A program made the translations under genes and the position numbers. A stretch of 63,653 bases of DNA, filler included, from Octopus bimaculoides (taxonomy: Eukaryota), in assembly GCF_001194135.2 (NCBI RefSeq). It is 7 parts of 6 records of this genome, joined end to end, with 100 filler letters (N's around TTAATTAATTAA, not from the genome) between each part and the next. Parts side by side here need not be neighbours in the genome. Positions count along the whole stretch, not along the records: positions 36,045 to 54,852 come from NC_068981.1; 6 more parts are not named here. One strand, written 5' to 3'. The notes beneath the pieces are model-generated. The model saw only the letters and a list, made by a program, of their open reading frames with translations, was not told the origin of the DNA and did not search any database. Each line of letters opens with the position of its first letter. The first letter of the stretch is position 1. Shown here in pieces: positions 39,149 to 51,559 of this stretch.

Positions 39149-39764
39149 CCTTATAAGCACCAAACATTCCACCGATAGAGCAGGCTACAGTAAGGTAGCC
39201 ACACAATTTTCTAACAGTGTTATTTCTACGTACAGGATAATACGGTACCTTGACCCACAAATGTTGTCCTGTTGTTCGTGAAATACTAGGGTCGACTTTT
39301 ATACGGGGTCTGTGGAAAATTCCCAATTTCTTGGCCAAAAATAGGGGTCGACTTGTACATGAGTTCGACTATTACTCGAGTATTAGAAAAATACAGTAAG
39401 ATATCTTTTTATACATCGAATGGCTATTGGGATCCGGGAGAGTAAAATATGGATCGAAAGGGATCCATAGGAAAAAACAGTCGAGAAGCACTGGTTTAGC
39501 CTGTAGTGGATTTTACAGGCATGAAGTAGATTCGATCCACCATAGCCAAATTGAAATTAACAGTTCAACAGAACTTTTCTCACGGTGCAACAATAGTTTT
39601 TCTGTGACAGTTTATGATACATTTACCAGATTGCCTTAGCTAGGCCGAAATAATGTCTTCACCACTTGACCATTTCTAACCTCTTCTATTTCACCAAAAG
39701 CTAGAATTTATAATTTAGAATTAAGATAACAAGACCACCAACTAAATCTATTGTTCTCAACGAT

Positions 39765-39987
39765 ATTACTCTTTACTCTTTTACTCTTTTAATTGTTTCA
39801 GTCATTTGACTGCGGCCATGCTGGAGCACTGCCTTTAGTCGAGCAAATCGACCCCAGGGCTTATTCTTTGTAAACCTAGTACTTATTCTATCGGTCTCTT
39901 TTTGCCGAACCGCTAAGTTACGGGGACGTAAACACACCAGCATCGGTTGTCAAGCGATATTGTGGGGGGACAAACACAGACACACAA

Positions 39988-40031
<44 letters not shown>

Positions 40032-40197
40032 GACGGGCTTCTTTCAGTTTCCGTCTACCAAATCCACTCACAAGGCTTAAGTCGACCCGAGGCTATAGTG
40101 GAAGACACTTGTCCAAGGTGCCACGCAGTGGGACTGAACCCGGAACCATGTGGTTGATAAGCAAGCTACTTACCACACAGCCACTTCTACGCCTATG
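39765..40197 (-). mobile_element. SINE family A, full-length reference-quality copy
   Basis: (TACTCTTT)n tail, conserved body, internal (CA)/(TA), tRNA head ending CAGCCACTTCTACGCC. Confidence 0.95.
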
Positions 40198-40704
40198 GAT
40201 ATGTCTATCTTTCTGGACAGTTATAAAAACAAGAACCCCCAAGCAAAAACCAGTTAGTCACTTGGTGACAACTCGTGAGTTACGAGAGAGCTAACATCGT
40301 TTAGTGAACTGACCACTAGAATCATGGCCACAAGCAGGCAGACAAATGGCCAGGGGGGAAAAGAAAGAAAGTTTACAGTCAGCGACAATATGAAACAACT
40401 TCCCACACTCTTCCATTTTTACTAGCTCTAGGTTTGTTCTCTTACAACATCATTCTATCGCTATCCGTGGATTACTGCTAAGAAAACGTATACGCAAAGC
40501 TATACGAGGAAAATCTACCACATCTAACTTTACTTCGCATGCTCTCGGATTTTATCACCTGCCCGTCGAGGCAAGGTATTGTATAATGTAACGGGTAAAA
40601 ATAAATATCTCCTTAAAACTTCGTGCAATGTTCATCTTTCATCGTTACAAGTCAAACAAATCGACCCTAGTACTTCTGTCTTGAGTCAGGTACCACCAAC
40701 AGCG

Positions 40705-41035
40705 CCATGACGATAACACTACCTATGGTACTAACATCACCATGGCCAACCATGACCACCGCCACTAATAACAATAGCAACAACAACAAGCACCACTACC
40801 TGCAAACAAGTTTCAGTACAACTATCACAAGCACAAACGCCATATACTACCAGCGCTACGACAACAATAACGAGTACAGCCATGACCACCACCACCAACA
40901 ACAACATCATAAGAAGCACCGGTATTCCCATAGCAACCACCACCACCATTATCACAACTATCACCATCATCATCACGAGTAACTTCGTCAACGATATAAT
41001 GACCACCATCAACAACAACAACAATAACATTAAAA
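40705..41035. repeat. (ACC/AAC/ATC)n degenerate trinucleotide tract
   Basis: Seen directly. Confidence 0.9.
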
Positions 41036-41037
41036 AA

Positions 41038-41191
41038 AGGCGTGGCTGTGTGGTAAGAGGTTTGCTTCCGAACCACATGGTTCCGGGGTTCGGTCTCACA
41101 GAGAGGTACTTTAGGCGAATGTCTTGCATTTTAACCTCGTGAGTCCAAAGCCTTGTGAGTGGATTTGTTTGACGGAAACTGAAAGAAGCCC

Positions 41192-41244
<53 letters not shown>

Positions 41245-41405
41245 GTGTGTGTTTGTCCGCCCATCACCGCTCGACAATCGGTGTTGGTGTATTTACGTCC
41301 CCGTAACATTGCGGTGCGGCAAAACGTGACCGATAGAATAAGTACCATGCTTAAAAGAAAAAAAACAAGTACTGGGTGGGGGTCCACTCATTCGATTAAA
41401 GAATC
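41038..41405 (+). mobile_element. SINE family A
   Basis: GGCGTGGCTGTGTGGTAAGAGG...GGTTCCGGGGTTCG; internal (TG)n. Confidence 0.88.
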
Positions 41406-41759
41406 NNNNNNNNNNNNNNNNNNNNNNNNNNNNNNNNNNNNNNNNNNNNNNNNNNNNNNNNNNNNNNNNNNNNNNNNNNNNNNNNNNNNNNNNNNNNNNN
41501 NNNNNNNNNNNNNNNNNNNNNNNNNNNNNNNNNNNNNNNNNNNNNNNNNNNNNNNNNNNNNNNNNNNNNNNNNNNNNNNNNNNNNNNNNNNNNNNNNNNN
41601 NNNNNNNNNNNNNNNNNNNNNNNNNNNNNNNNNNNNNNNNNNNNNNNNNNNNNNNNNNNNNNNNNNNNNNNNNNNNNNNNNNNNNNNNNNNNNNNNNNNN
41701 NNNNNNNNNNNNNNNNNNNNNNNNNNNNNNNNNNNNNNNNNNNNNNNNNNNNNNNNNNN

Positions 41760-41958
41760 GAAATGCTTAGCGGTATTTCGTCTGCCGTTACGTTCTCAGT
41801 TCAAATTCCGCTGAGGTCGACTTGCCTTTCATCCTTTCGGGGTCAATAAATTAAGTACCAGTTACGCACTGGGGGTCGATGGAATCGACTTAATTCCTTT
41901 GTTTGTCCTTGTTTGTCCCCTCTGTGTTTAGCCCCTTGTGGGAAATAAAGAAATAAGA
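41760..41958 (+). mobile_element. SINE family B (Tx1-like tail)
   Basis: GTTCAAATTCCGC..AGGTCGAC..GCCTTTCATCCTTTCGGGGTC; tail GTGTTTAGCCCCTTGTGGGAAATAAAGAAATAAG. Confidence 0.92.
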
Positions 41959-41961
41959 ACA

Positions 41962-42225
41962 GCTTGCTCGTGAAATTGACGTGCAAGCGGTTGAGTACTC
42001 CACAGACATGGGTACCCCTAACGTAGTTTTCAGGAAGATTCAGCGTGACACATAGTGTGACAAGGCTGACCCTTTGAAATAACATGTACTACTCATTCTT
42101 ACCAGCTGAGTGGACTGGAGCAACATGAAATAAAGTGTCTTGCTCAAGGACTCAACGCGTCGCCGGGAATTGAACTTACACAATCGCGAGTCGAATACCC
42201 TAACCACTAAGCCACGCACCTGCGC
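41962..42225 (-). mobile_element. SINE family C
   Basis: CCAGCTGAGTGGACTGGAGCAACATGAAATAAAGTGTCTTGCTCAAGG...CCCTAACCACTAAGCCACGCACC. Confidence 0.85.
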
Positions 42226-42477
42226 ACTCGTTGACATAGATATGCTTGGTTAGACACATCGTCACGTGCCTGGTTCCGTACATCTGACGGTTGGAGGCGA
42301 TATACCGTGTGTAAAAGTGTTAATGTCCCTTCACTGAGTGTACATGTGTGGGTGTGCGTGTGCGAGTGTGTGTGAGTGCGTCTGTGTGTTTGTGTGTGTG
42401 TGCACCTCTTGAGGGGGGTGGCAGTGATGACAATACAATTTATTACTTCTCCCTACGATTATAGATTAAGACTGTGC

Positions 42478-42655
42478 AGGCGCAATGGCCTAGTGGTTAG
42501 GGCCGCGGACTCGCGGTCATAGGATCGCGCTTTCGATTCCCAGACCGGGCGTTATGAGTGTTTATTGATAGAAAACACCTAAATCTCTACGAGGCTGCAG
42601 TAGAGGGTGGTAACGAACCCTGCTGTACTTCTTCAACACAACTTTCCCTCACTCT
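42478..42655 (+). mobile_element. tRNA-head SINE, family D
   Basis: GGCGCAATGGCCTAGTGGTTAGGGCCGCGGACTCGCGG...TTTCGATTCCCAGACCG (A and B boxes) followed by a non-tRNA body. Confidence 0.75.
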
Positions 42656-43205
42656 TTTGCCAAACCGCTAAGTTACGGGGACGTAAACACACCAATATAT
42701 ATANNNNNNNNNNNNNNNNNNNNNNNNNNNNNNNNNNNNNNNNNNNNNNNNNNNNNNNNNNNNNNNNNNNNNNNNNNNNNNNNNNNNNNNNNNNNNNNNN
42801 NNNNNNNNNNNNNNNNNNNNNNNNNNNNNNNNNNNNNNNNNNNNNNNNNNNNNNNNNNNNNNNNNNNNNNNNNNNNNNNNNNNNNNNNNNNNNNNNNNNN
42901 NNNNNNNNNNNNNNNNNNNNNNNNNNNNNNNNNNNNNNNNNNNNNNNNNNNNNNNNNNNNNNNNNNNNNNNNNNNNNNNNNNNNNNNNNNNNNNNNNNNN
43001 NNNNNNNNNNNNNNNNNNNNNNNNNNNNNNNNNNNNNNNNNNNNNNNNNNNNNNNNNNNNNNNNNNNNNNNNNNNNNNNNNNNNNNNNNNNNNNNNNNNN
43101 NNNNNNNNNNNNNNNNNNNNNNNNNNNNNNNNNNNNNNNNNNNNNNNNNNNNNNNNNNNNNNNNNNNNNNNNNNNNNNNNNNNNNNNNNNNNNNNNNNNN
43201 NNNNN

Positions 43206-43237
<32 letters not shown>

Positions 43238-43249
43238 CAAAATAAACAA

Positions 43250-43980
43250 CAGGATATCCAGTGGTAATGCAGTACGATCGTTTCAAGCGACTTCATTTGA
43301 TTGAACAATGTAACCGATGTGACACTTCTATTCTATTATTCTATTATTCTTTTGGTTTCTCTCTTCCTTTCTCTAATTCTGTTTATCTCCCCTTCTCCAC
43401 CTCTCGTTTTTTCTCTCTTATCCTTTCTCTAATTCTTTTCTTTATTCCTTCGCCGTTCTCTGTCTGTCACTCTCTCTCCCTCACTCTTCCTCCTTTGCTC
43501 TCTCGTTGTTCTAACGTGACCATCGACCATCTTTCTTTCTTTTCCTAACTTATGTTTCTTTCTTTCCTTCTGATTCACCTGGAGGAATCAGACGCATTCA
43601 TGTCTGTCCCCTGTCCAAGCTTGCTCTTCCCCGTTCACCACCTCACCTCGTTTAGGCTTAGCAGCCCTTTCTGTTTGTTTTCACTGTCCTGTTTTTGTTA
43701 CTAATTTTGACCCTCCGCAAGACCCCAAATTTTATTTAATTTACTTTGCGGGAGCAACTGTTTTATTGTAGGCGTATCTTGTCGTGAATTGCTTGAAATA
43801 CGGATTAGAAAATCAGCCGACAACTGATGAAGGGTCGTTCTTTATGTTGCTTGTCTTGTTTTCCATTTATTTCTTTCGCTGTTCACAAAAAAGTTGATAT
43901 TCCATGTATTCGTATTTTATGTTATTTACGTTCTGTGACGTCCTGTGCCCACAAATGCACATGTATATACATATATGTGT
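43250..43980 (+). mobile_element. Penelope-like 3' fragment
   Basis: CT-rich tract, CACCTGGAGGA, then CTGATGAAGGG...GTGCCC-ACAAATGCA. Confidence 0.5.
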
Positions 43981-44686
43981 AAGTATGTACATATGCGGAT
44001 GTATATATGCATATATATATATATATATANNNNNNNNNNNNNNNNNNNNNNNNNNNNNNNNNNNNNNNNNNNNNNNNNNNNNNNNNNNNNNNNNNNNNNN
44101 NNNNNNNNNNNNNNNNNNNNNNNNNNNNNNNNNNNNNNNNNNNNNNNNNNNNNNNNNNNNNNNNNNNNNNNNNNNNNNNNNNNNNNNNNNNNNNNNNNNN
44201 NNNNNNNNNNNNNNNNNNNNNNNNNNNNNNNNNNNNNNNNNNNNNNNNNNNNNNNNNNNNNNNNNNNNNNNNNNNNNNNNNNNNNNNNNNNNNNNNNNNN
44301 NNNNNNNNNNNNNNNNNNNNNNNNNNNNNNNNNNNNNNNNNNNNNNNNNNNNNNNNNNNNNNNNNNNNNNNNNNNNNNNNNNNNNNNNNNNNNNNNNNNN
44401 NNNNNNNNNNNNNNNNNNNNNNNNNNNNNNNNNNNNNNNNNNNNNNNNNNNNNNNNNNNNNNNNNNNNNNNNNNNNNNNNNNNNNNNNNNNNNNNNNNNN
44501 NNNNNNNNNNNNNNNNNNNNNNNNNNNNNNNNNNNNNNNNNNNNNNNNNNNNNNNNNNNNNNNNNNNNNNNNNNNNNNNNNNNNNNNNNNNNNNNNNNNN
44601 NNNNNNNNNNNNNNNNNNNNNNNNNNNNNNNNNNNNNNNNNNNNNNNNNNNNNNNNNNNNNNNNNNNNNNNNNNNNNNNNNNNNNN

Positions 44687-44815
44687 TGGTGGTGGTGGTG
44701 GGTGGTGGTTGTAGTGATGGTAGTTATCGTGACAGTGGTGCTGGTGGTGGTGGTGGTGCTGGTGGTGGTGATGATAATAGTGGTAGTGGTGGTGGTGGTG
44801 ATGGTGGTGGTTACA
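44687..44815. repeat. (GGT)n tract
   Basis: Seen directly. Confidence 0.95.
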
Positions 44816-45366
44816 CTTTGAAGCAAACGACGGTTGTGTTATAATAAATGCATGTGTTATGGCGCTGCTTTTTAATTTCCTTTCATATGGGATATCACGC
44901 TACAGAAATCGTCTGCCTCTTCCGTTTCTCTGTTCAACATGGAAATAAACAGAATCCCGTTTGCTCTTTATGCCTCACTTCATATCGTCTGCCACTGTTC
45001 CGGAAATTTCTCGCTGGCTTGTTTGGATTCACACACTTCTTTCTCTTCCAAACTCTCCTCTTGTCTCACCTTTTTTTTCTTTTTTTTTACTCCAATCAGT
45101 TTTTCGTTCTTTCTCCTCCTTTTCGAATTTTCTCTCTTCTGCCGTCTTCAAATATTTTTCCCCCTTTTTTCTCTCTCTTTTCTCTTTCTTGTCTTTACTT
45201 TACAATCAAAATTCTTTCTTATTGTCTTCCAGTTTTCTTTTTCTTGTTGTTTTCTATCCACTTTTCTCCTCTTCCTACACCCACCCACTTTAGTTTAACT
45301 CCTGTTCCGCTTTTCGTCTGCGTTTTTTTTTCTTTGGTTTGTTCACCGAACACGAACACACACACA

Positions 45367-45408
<42 letters not shown>

Positions 45409-45426
45409 CGTATATATAATTACGTG

Positions 45427-45470
<44 letters not shown>

Positions 45471-45531
45471 NNNNNNNNNNGTGTGTGTGTGTGTGTGTGT
45501 GTATGTATGTGTCTATATACGCCATACGTAT

Positions 45532-45532
<1 letters not shown>

Positions 45533-45589
<57 letters not shown>

Positions 45590-45590
45590 G
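45533..45590. repeat. (AGAT)n microsatellite
   Basis: Seen directly. Confidence 0.98.
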
Positions 45591-45787
45591 AAGATATACA
45601 CGCAATAGGCGAGAGCTAAATATGTATAGCAATGATAACATAGCAGTGCTCAAATGAATTCGAACTTAAACTCCGAATTCTTCATCCGGGACACGGTCCA
45701 TGGTGCCATGAGTGGCCATCAGAAATCCAAGACGAACTGTGACGTCAAGCCTAATTATGTTAATCTGAATCACTACCTTTATGCGTG

Positions 45788-45839
<52 letters not shown>

Positions 45840-46414
45840 AGAGAAAGAACGACAACAGAATGGACGAAAGTAAGAAAGCAATGAAACAATTCAAAAAAAG
45901 TGTAATACATACCTGTGCATATATATGTATGTGTATGTGTTAAATGTGCTAGCTTCCTGGTAATTAATCGATATATTTTCTGCAGACATATTCCTGGAAT
46001 TAGCGCGCCAAAACGAAGACTTTTGAATTTTACCATTAAGCTGTAATTAACAGAACCNNNNNNNNNNNNNNNNNNNNNNNNNNNNNNNNNNNNNNNNNNN
46101 NNNNNNNNNNNNNNNNNNNNNNNNNNNNNNNNNNNNNNNNNNNNNNNNNNNNNNNNNNNNNNNNNNNNNNNNNNNNNNNNNNNNNNNNNNNNNNNNNNNN
46201 NNNNNNNNNNNNNNNNNNNNNNNNNNNNNNNNNNNNNNNNNNNNNNNNNNNNNNNNNNNNNNNNNNNNNNNNNNNNNNNNNNNNNNNNNNNNNNNNNNNN
46301 NNNNNNNNNNNNNNNNNNNNNNNNNNNNNNNNNNNNNNNNNNNNNNNNNNNNNNNNNNNNNNNNNNNNNNNNNNNNNNNNNNNNNNNNNNNNNNNNNNNN
46401 NNNNNNNNNNNNNN

Positions 46415-46467
<53 letters not shown>

Positions 46468-46559
46468 CATATATATATATACATGCATATATATACATAC
46501 ACACATATACGTACACACACAAACATACATATAAGTACTCTCATACATGCATACATAGG

Positions 46560-46885
46560 AACGAAAGTGAGAGAGTGCGTGCGTGTACCCTTTCAGCCTT
46601 ATGACTTTACGACCAAAGAGGACATAACTTTAATTCTCTCTTTTTTGCTTCTTTCTGTATTTTTTTTTTTGCTTTCTTTTTTCTTTCGTTTTCCGATTTT
46701 TCAACCTTCTACCTTTTATATCTGCTTCTTTCTCGCCTTTTCTCGTTTTTTCTATCACTCGATCGTCCTATTTTTAGCTTGTTATGCCATATGGGCAATA
46801 CCTGAAGATTGCTCTGAAACACTAGACGTATTAAAAATATTGTCAGGCATGCTTTCATTGCATGAAACTAATAGTAGCACATAAA
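46560..46885 (+). mobile_element. Penelope-like fragment with a hammerhead-like motif
   Basis: T-rich tract, then CTGAAGA-TTGC...GCAT-GAAAC-T-AAT-A-GTA (46802-46876). Confidence 0.55.
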
Positions 46886-46960
46886 AACATATATTGTGTT
46901 TATCGAATTACATAGATAGATGGAGAGATAGACATATATAGACAGACATACAGACAGGCA

Positions 46961-47007
<47 letters not shown>

Positions 47008-47295
47008 TATGTGTGTATATATACACACATACATGTGCACACATACACATACACAGATATATATATATACACACACACACATATATATATACATATATAT
47101 ATATATATATNNNNNNNNNNNNNNNNNNNNNNNNNNNNNNNNNNNNNNNNNNNNNNNNNNNNNNNNNNNNNNNNNNNNNNNNNNNNNNNNNNNNNNNNNN
47201 NNNNNNNNNNNNNNNNNNNNNNNNNNNNNNNNNNNNNNNNNNNNNNNNNNNNNNNNNNNNNNNNNNNNNNNNNNNNNNNNNNNNNNNNNNNNNNA

Positions 47296-47555
47296 TATAA
47301 AGGACTACAAAAATGGGACTAGAATGCAAGCATCCAAACAGTTAGATGATACAAAAAAGGGACAAGAAAAAACAAGGACGGGTCATTCGGTGTTTTCTTT
47401 CCTCAGTCGAGTTCCAGATTATCTTTGCAATTTTGGCTGGTTATACTCGAGATTGCTCCAATCTGGCCAGCCCCAAGGAAAAACTAAGCTAAGAGCATTA
47501 GATTCCTTGGAAGAAAGCAGCGAATGTATACGAAAGCAAGGACGAAAAATAAACG
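47296..47555 (-). mobile_element. Probable Penelope-like fragment
   Basis: Minus strand has CTGAGGAAAG...CCGAATGACCCGTCC followed by a T-rich tract, flanked by microsatellites. Confidence 0.35.
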
Positions 47556-47563
47556 GAGAAATG

Positions 47564-47602
<39 letters not shown>

Positions 47603-48842
47603 GGCATTATATATAACAAGGCCACTTTTTAAAAAAACTTTTGGGCAAGTCAAAACACTCCGAAGCCACAAAAATTAACACTATATTTCCACAGACATCG
47701 TTGGAAAAGACTGCGGAAAGAAAACTAAATAAAATAAGGATTGCGTTTTACCTCTGCAAAATTGCAAGAAGGACTGTCAATTAACTAGATATCACGTATT
47801 CGAATTTAGCGCCAAAATATGTTTGATTCTCCTTGGTCAAGCCTACTAGTAACAAACTCTTATCTATCACTTCAACCAATGCTTGTCTTCGTTTCAGTGC
47901 CCAAGCCACGCTGAGAAAAACGAACTAAGTGAATACAGTTTTTTTTTTAAATATATATAAAGAACATGAGAGATATTAATGGTAGTGTCCGCAAGTTAAA
48001 ACCGTATAGGCAAGATTAATAAATGTATATAAAAGAAATAGTATATATAGTAAAATGAAATGAAGAATTGAATGTCTTGTTGAATAAATGAAATATTGAA
48101 TATTAAATATTAAATATTAAATATTGAAGGACACAGAAATGTTTATATATATATATGCACACACATACACACATTTGCCACTTTCTTCTGATAAGAGTAA
48201 CCTAACTTCGCCTAACTGATTCAAAGGAAATTTTGTTATCACATGGATCTATTACATTATGGGATTTCATTTTGTATGAATGTAGTTACGGCATAAGCCA
48301 TGTTGCTCTCGAAACAGCTGTCAAAGTAGGACTGTTACATAACTGTTTTCATTATTCCGTATTCTTTATATTGTACTCCATGAACATATACGTATCATGC
48401 CTACTTGTTTATTTGCCGTTCAACTGCTTTATACAGACGCACACACACCACACCACACACACATATATACAGACACAATCACACTCACACACAAGTATAC
48501 ACGCGTACTGGAGTTGAACAGGGTTAAGAGATTAGTCATATGACAAAAGAGAAATCAATTCTGAAAAAAAAAAAAACTAACAGTTTTGACGAATTAAAAT
48601 GACTGCTTACGAATGTGATGATTAATCGACTTCAGTTGAGCAGAGAGTCTAGAAATAGAGAGATTAATCTTAACTAACGATGTCAGAAAGAATTTTTTTT
48701 TTTAATTCATATAGCGTTCGTCATTGTAATCAACCAAGATGTCTTTTCATCTGCTTTAACTCACAACAAATGGAAACTTGTTGAAGGTTTTTCTGTCACA
48801 CGTTTCTAAGTGTAGCATTGATAATTTATACGTCGAGGTAAG

Positions 48843-49357
48843 GTTGATATATTAATAAAATACGGAACCGCTCTGGATACAATAACTGTTTGTACTTGTA
48901 GAGACATCTCATAGATTCCGTTAACCTCAATATATAAAACTTTCTACATCTATAGGATAAAGGCGGAAGAATTTGACTGATAAATCCTTGCAGATCGAGT
49001 GGCCTTTGTTGGTGATCCACTTTGTCCGCTCCCTTCTGTAGTGTACTATCCTGATTCAATTGATAATTTATTTGTTACTCGTCATATGTCGTACCAATGT
49101 TGATATATTAAACCAGTAGACTAGATGATAAAATATGGAACTGCTCTGGATACAATTACTACTTGTATTTGTAGAGACATCTCGTAGTTTCCATTAGCCT
49201 CAATATATAAACTTTCTCCATTTATAAGAGGAATGGTAGGATAAAGGTAGAAGAATTTGACTGATAAATCCTGGCAGATCGAATGGCCTTGCAGGGGTTT
49301 CTTTGTTGGCGGTCCATCTTGCCCGCTTCCTTCTGTAGTGTGTACTGTCCCGATTCA
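48843..49357. repeat. Diverged tandem duplication (216 bp and 259 bp units)
   Basis: Both copies share GTTGATATATTA, GCTCTGGATACAAT, TTGTAGAGACATCTC, GAAGAATTTGACTGATAAATCCT, CCTTCTGTAGTGT. Confidence 0.92.
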
Positions 49358-49361
49358 TAGG

Positions 49362-49600
49362 ATTCATAGGGCTGGTTACCCGATTTCTATGACGTATAAG
49401 TAACCGAGATCACAACATAATTCGCCTTAAACGGGACGCAAGTCCGTCTCTGGGTCACTCATTTACAGCTGAGTAGACTGGAGCAACATGAAATGAAGTG
49501 TTTTGTCCAAAAACACATCGCTCCACCAGGTCCGCGAATCGAAACCACGATCTTGTGATTGCGTATGCAACACCTTAACCACTAGGCTTACGAGCTTTCA
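49362..49600 (-). mobile_element. SINE family C
   Basis: CAGCTGAGTAGACTGGAGCAACATGAAATGAAGTG...GAATCGAAACCACG...CCTTAACCACTAGGC. Confidence 0.8.
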
Positions 49601-49762
49601 CTCCTTCTGCAGCTACCAACAGAACTTACGGATGTACAAAAGGAACAAGATAAAAGACGAAATTACAACATGTCAAATCAACCACACTGCACCCTGTACA
49701 GTTAACAATAATACCGATGAATGTATAGCAATGGCCATCTGTTGGACAGAAACGTGATATAA

Positions 49763-50100
49763 GACGGCGAACTGGCAGAAACGTTAGCACGCCGGGAGAA
49801 ATGCTTAGCGGTATTTCGTCTGCCGCTACGTTCAAATTCCACCGAAGTCGACTTTGCCTTTCATCCCTTTCGAGGTCGATAAATTAAGTACCAGTTACGC
49901 ACTGAGATCGATGTAATCGACTTAATCCGTTTTTGTGTCCTTGTTTGTCTCTTCTATGTTTAGCCCCTTGTGGGCAATAAAGAAATAAGAAACGTTAGTG
50001 CGCCGGGCGAAATGCTTAGCGGTATTTCGTCTGCCGTTACGTTCTGAGTTCAAATTCCACCGAGGTCGACTTTGCCTTTCAGTAAAGAAATAAGAAACGT
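49763..50100 (+). mobile_element. SINE family B, full copy plus a tandem partial copy
   Basis: GGCGAACTGGCAGAAACGTTAGC...GGGCAATAAAGAAATAAG, then a second head-to-core copy at 49990-50092. Confidence 0.92.
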
Positions 50101-50113
50101 GATATACCTGGAA

Positions 50114-50672
50114 CCAATGGTTCTCAACCAGGGTCCATATGGCCCTTTAGAGTCCATATGGCTCTTTAGGGTCAATATGGCCCTTGAGGGTCAATATGGC
50201 CCTTGAGGGTCCATATACGAATTTGATGTTAAAATTACTGTGTAATAAATTGTTAATGCTTCTACGATACACAAAATATTTATACTAATGTTTTTTATAC
50301 AATTAATGTTAATCCTTTCTACTATAGGCACAAGGCCTGAAATTCTAGGGGACGGGACCAGTCGATTACATCGACCTCAGTGCGTAACTGGTACTTAATT
50401 TATCGACCCCGAAAGGATGAAAGGAAAAGTCAACCTCGACGGAATTTGAACTCAGAACGAAGCGGCAGGCGACATACCGCTAAGCATTTCGTCCCTCGCT
50501 GCCTTAATTGGTGTTAATGGTAATATTAATGTTTTTATACAATTTTTAGAAATATTTAATTATAAAATTAGAATAGGATTTTTTTTTATGTCAAATGGTT
50601 ATGAGGGTCCAACCGAAGAGAATAGGTATCAAAAGGGTCCACAGGTCATTAAAAAATGGTTGAGAATCATTT
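50114..50672. mobile_element. hAT-type MITE with an internal 18-19 bp tandem array and a nested SINE B (50320-50505)
   Basis: Termini CAATGGTTCTCAACC / GGTTGAGAATCATT; five GGGTC(C/A)ATATGGCCCTT-like units at 50131-50215. Confidence 0.82.
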
Positions 50673-51559
50673 CTAGGGAGAAACGTGATATACCTGGAAT
50701 GGTGGATCGGGTTTGTTTTGCTTCAGATCGATGAAGTTGTAAACCATATCACTGTTCTTGTTTGGGTCTGACCTAGGGCTATAAAACATCATCAATACAA
50801 TGGAATCCTTTACCATTCTAACACCCACCCACCTTACTTAGTTCCCTTTCAAAACACACCCTTCCTTCCCCCTCCTCTAACTCCTTTCCCTCTCTTTTCC
50901 TTCTTTCTTTTCTTTTCTTCTTTTTCCTTCCTTTCTTTCCCTCTTTCTTTTTTTATTATTTTTTGTATTTCCTTTTTTTCCTTCTATCTCATTTCCTATT
51001 CTGTTTCCAACTCCACGACAAGTATCTCACGTATAGATATGTGTATATATTCCATTTTCTCTGTCGTAACTCTCCAGAAGATTCTCTGCATTCACTGACG
51101 AAAGTAAGAGTAACAAGAGTCGGACTCGACCAAAATAATATTTGTAAATCTATGTAGTAACCATACAAAGACGGAAAATTAAATTATTTCTCAGTGGACT
51201 GAAAGAAAAATGATAAACAACCTTAATTAATTTTCGAGCATTATTGGGGTCTCGTCAGAGGTGTCTACTTAACTTGGTCAATCTTAGAGAAACAAGCAAC
51301 CGATTTATTCATATACACAACAAGTCCAGTAGCTTCAGAGAACTGGACGGAGGGAGAGAACGAGAGAAACATTAAAACGTCTAATGTCAAATAAACCAGT
51401 GTCAAAGCAGCGGCGTCAAGTGTGCAGCTCCAAAACGGCAGTACCAAAACGTCTCATACCTGATTATTCTAATTAATTCAAATTTCGGAGTTGCACTCTT
51501 TTTTATCATTTTAGTCAAGAAAGAAGACAATGCTTATGGCCCTTTACAGAGCCTCCGAG

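Noticed and set aside
38108-39493. Single 1.4 kb hAT element from 38108 to 39493
   Set aside because: The flanking 8-mers (GCTAAGTC vs GTTTAGCC) do not match and the interior is unrelated; more likely ends of two separate MITE copies.
45666-45780. Protein-like minus frame (RLDVTVRLGFLMATHGTMDRVPDEEFGV) and a perfect CRE site TGACGTCA at 45740
   Set aside because: Poor acceptor, no homology recognised, and a single 8-mer is not evidence of regulation.
47695-47787. TSLEKTAERKLNKIRIAFTSAKLQE resembles a homeodomain N-terminal arm
   Set aside because: It is followed by a stop within 6 codons, with no helix 2/3 or WFQNRR at the expected distance in any frame.
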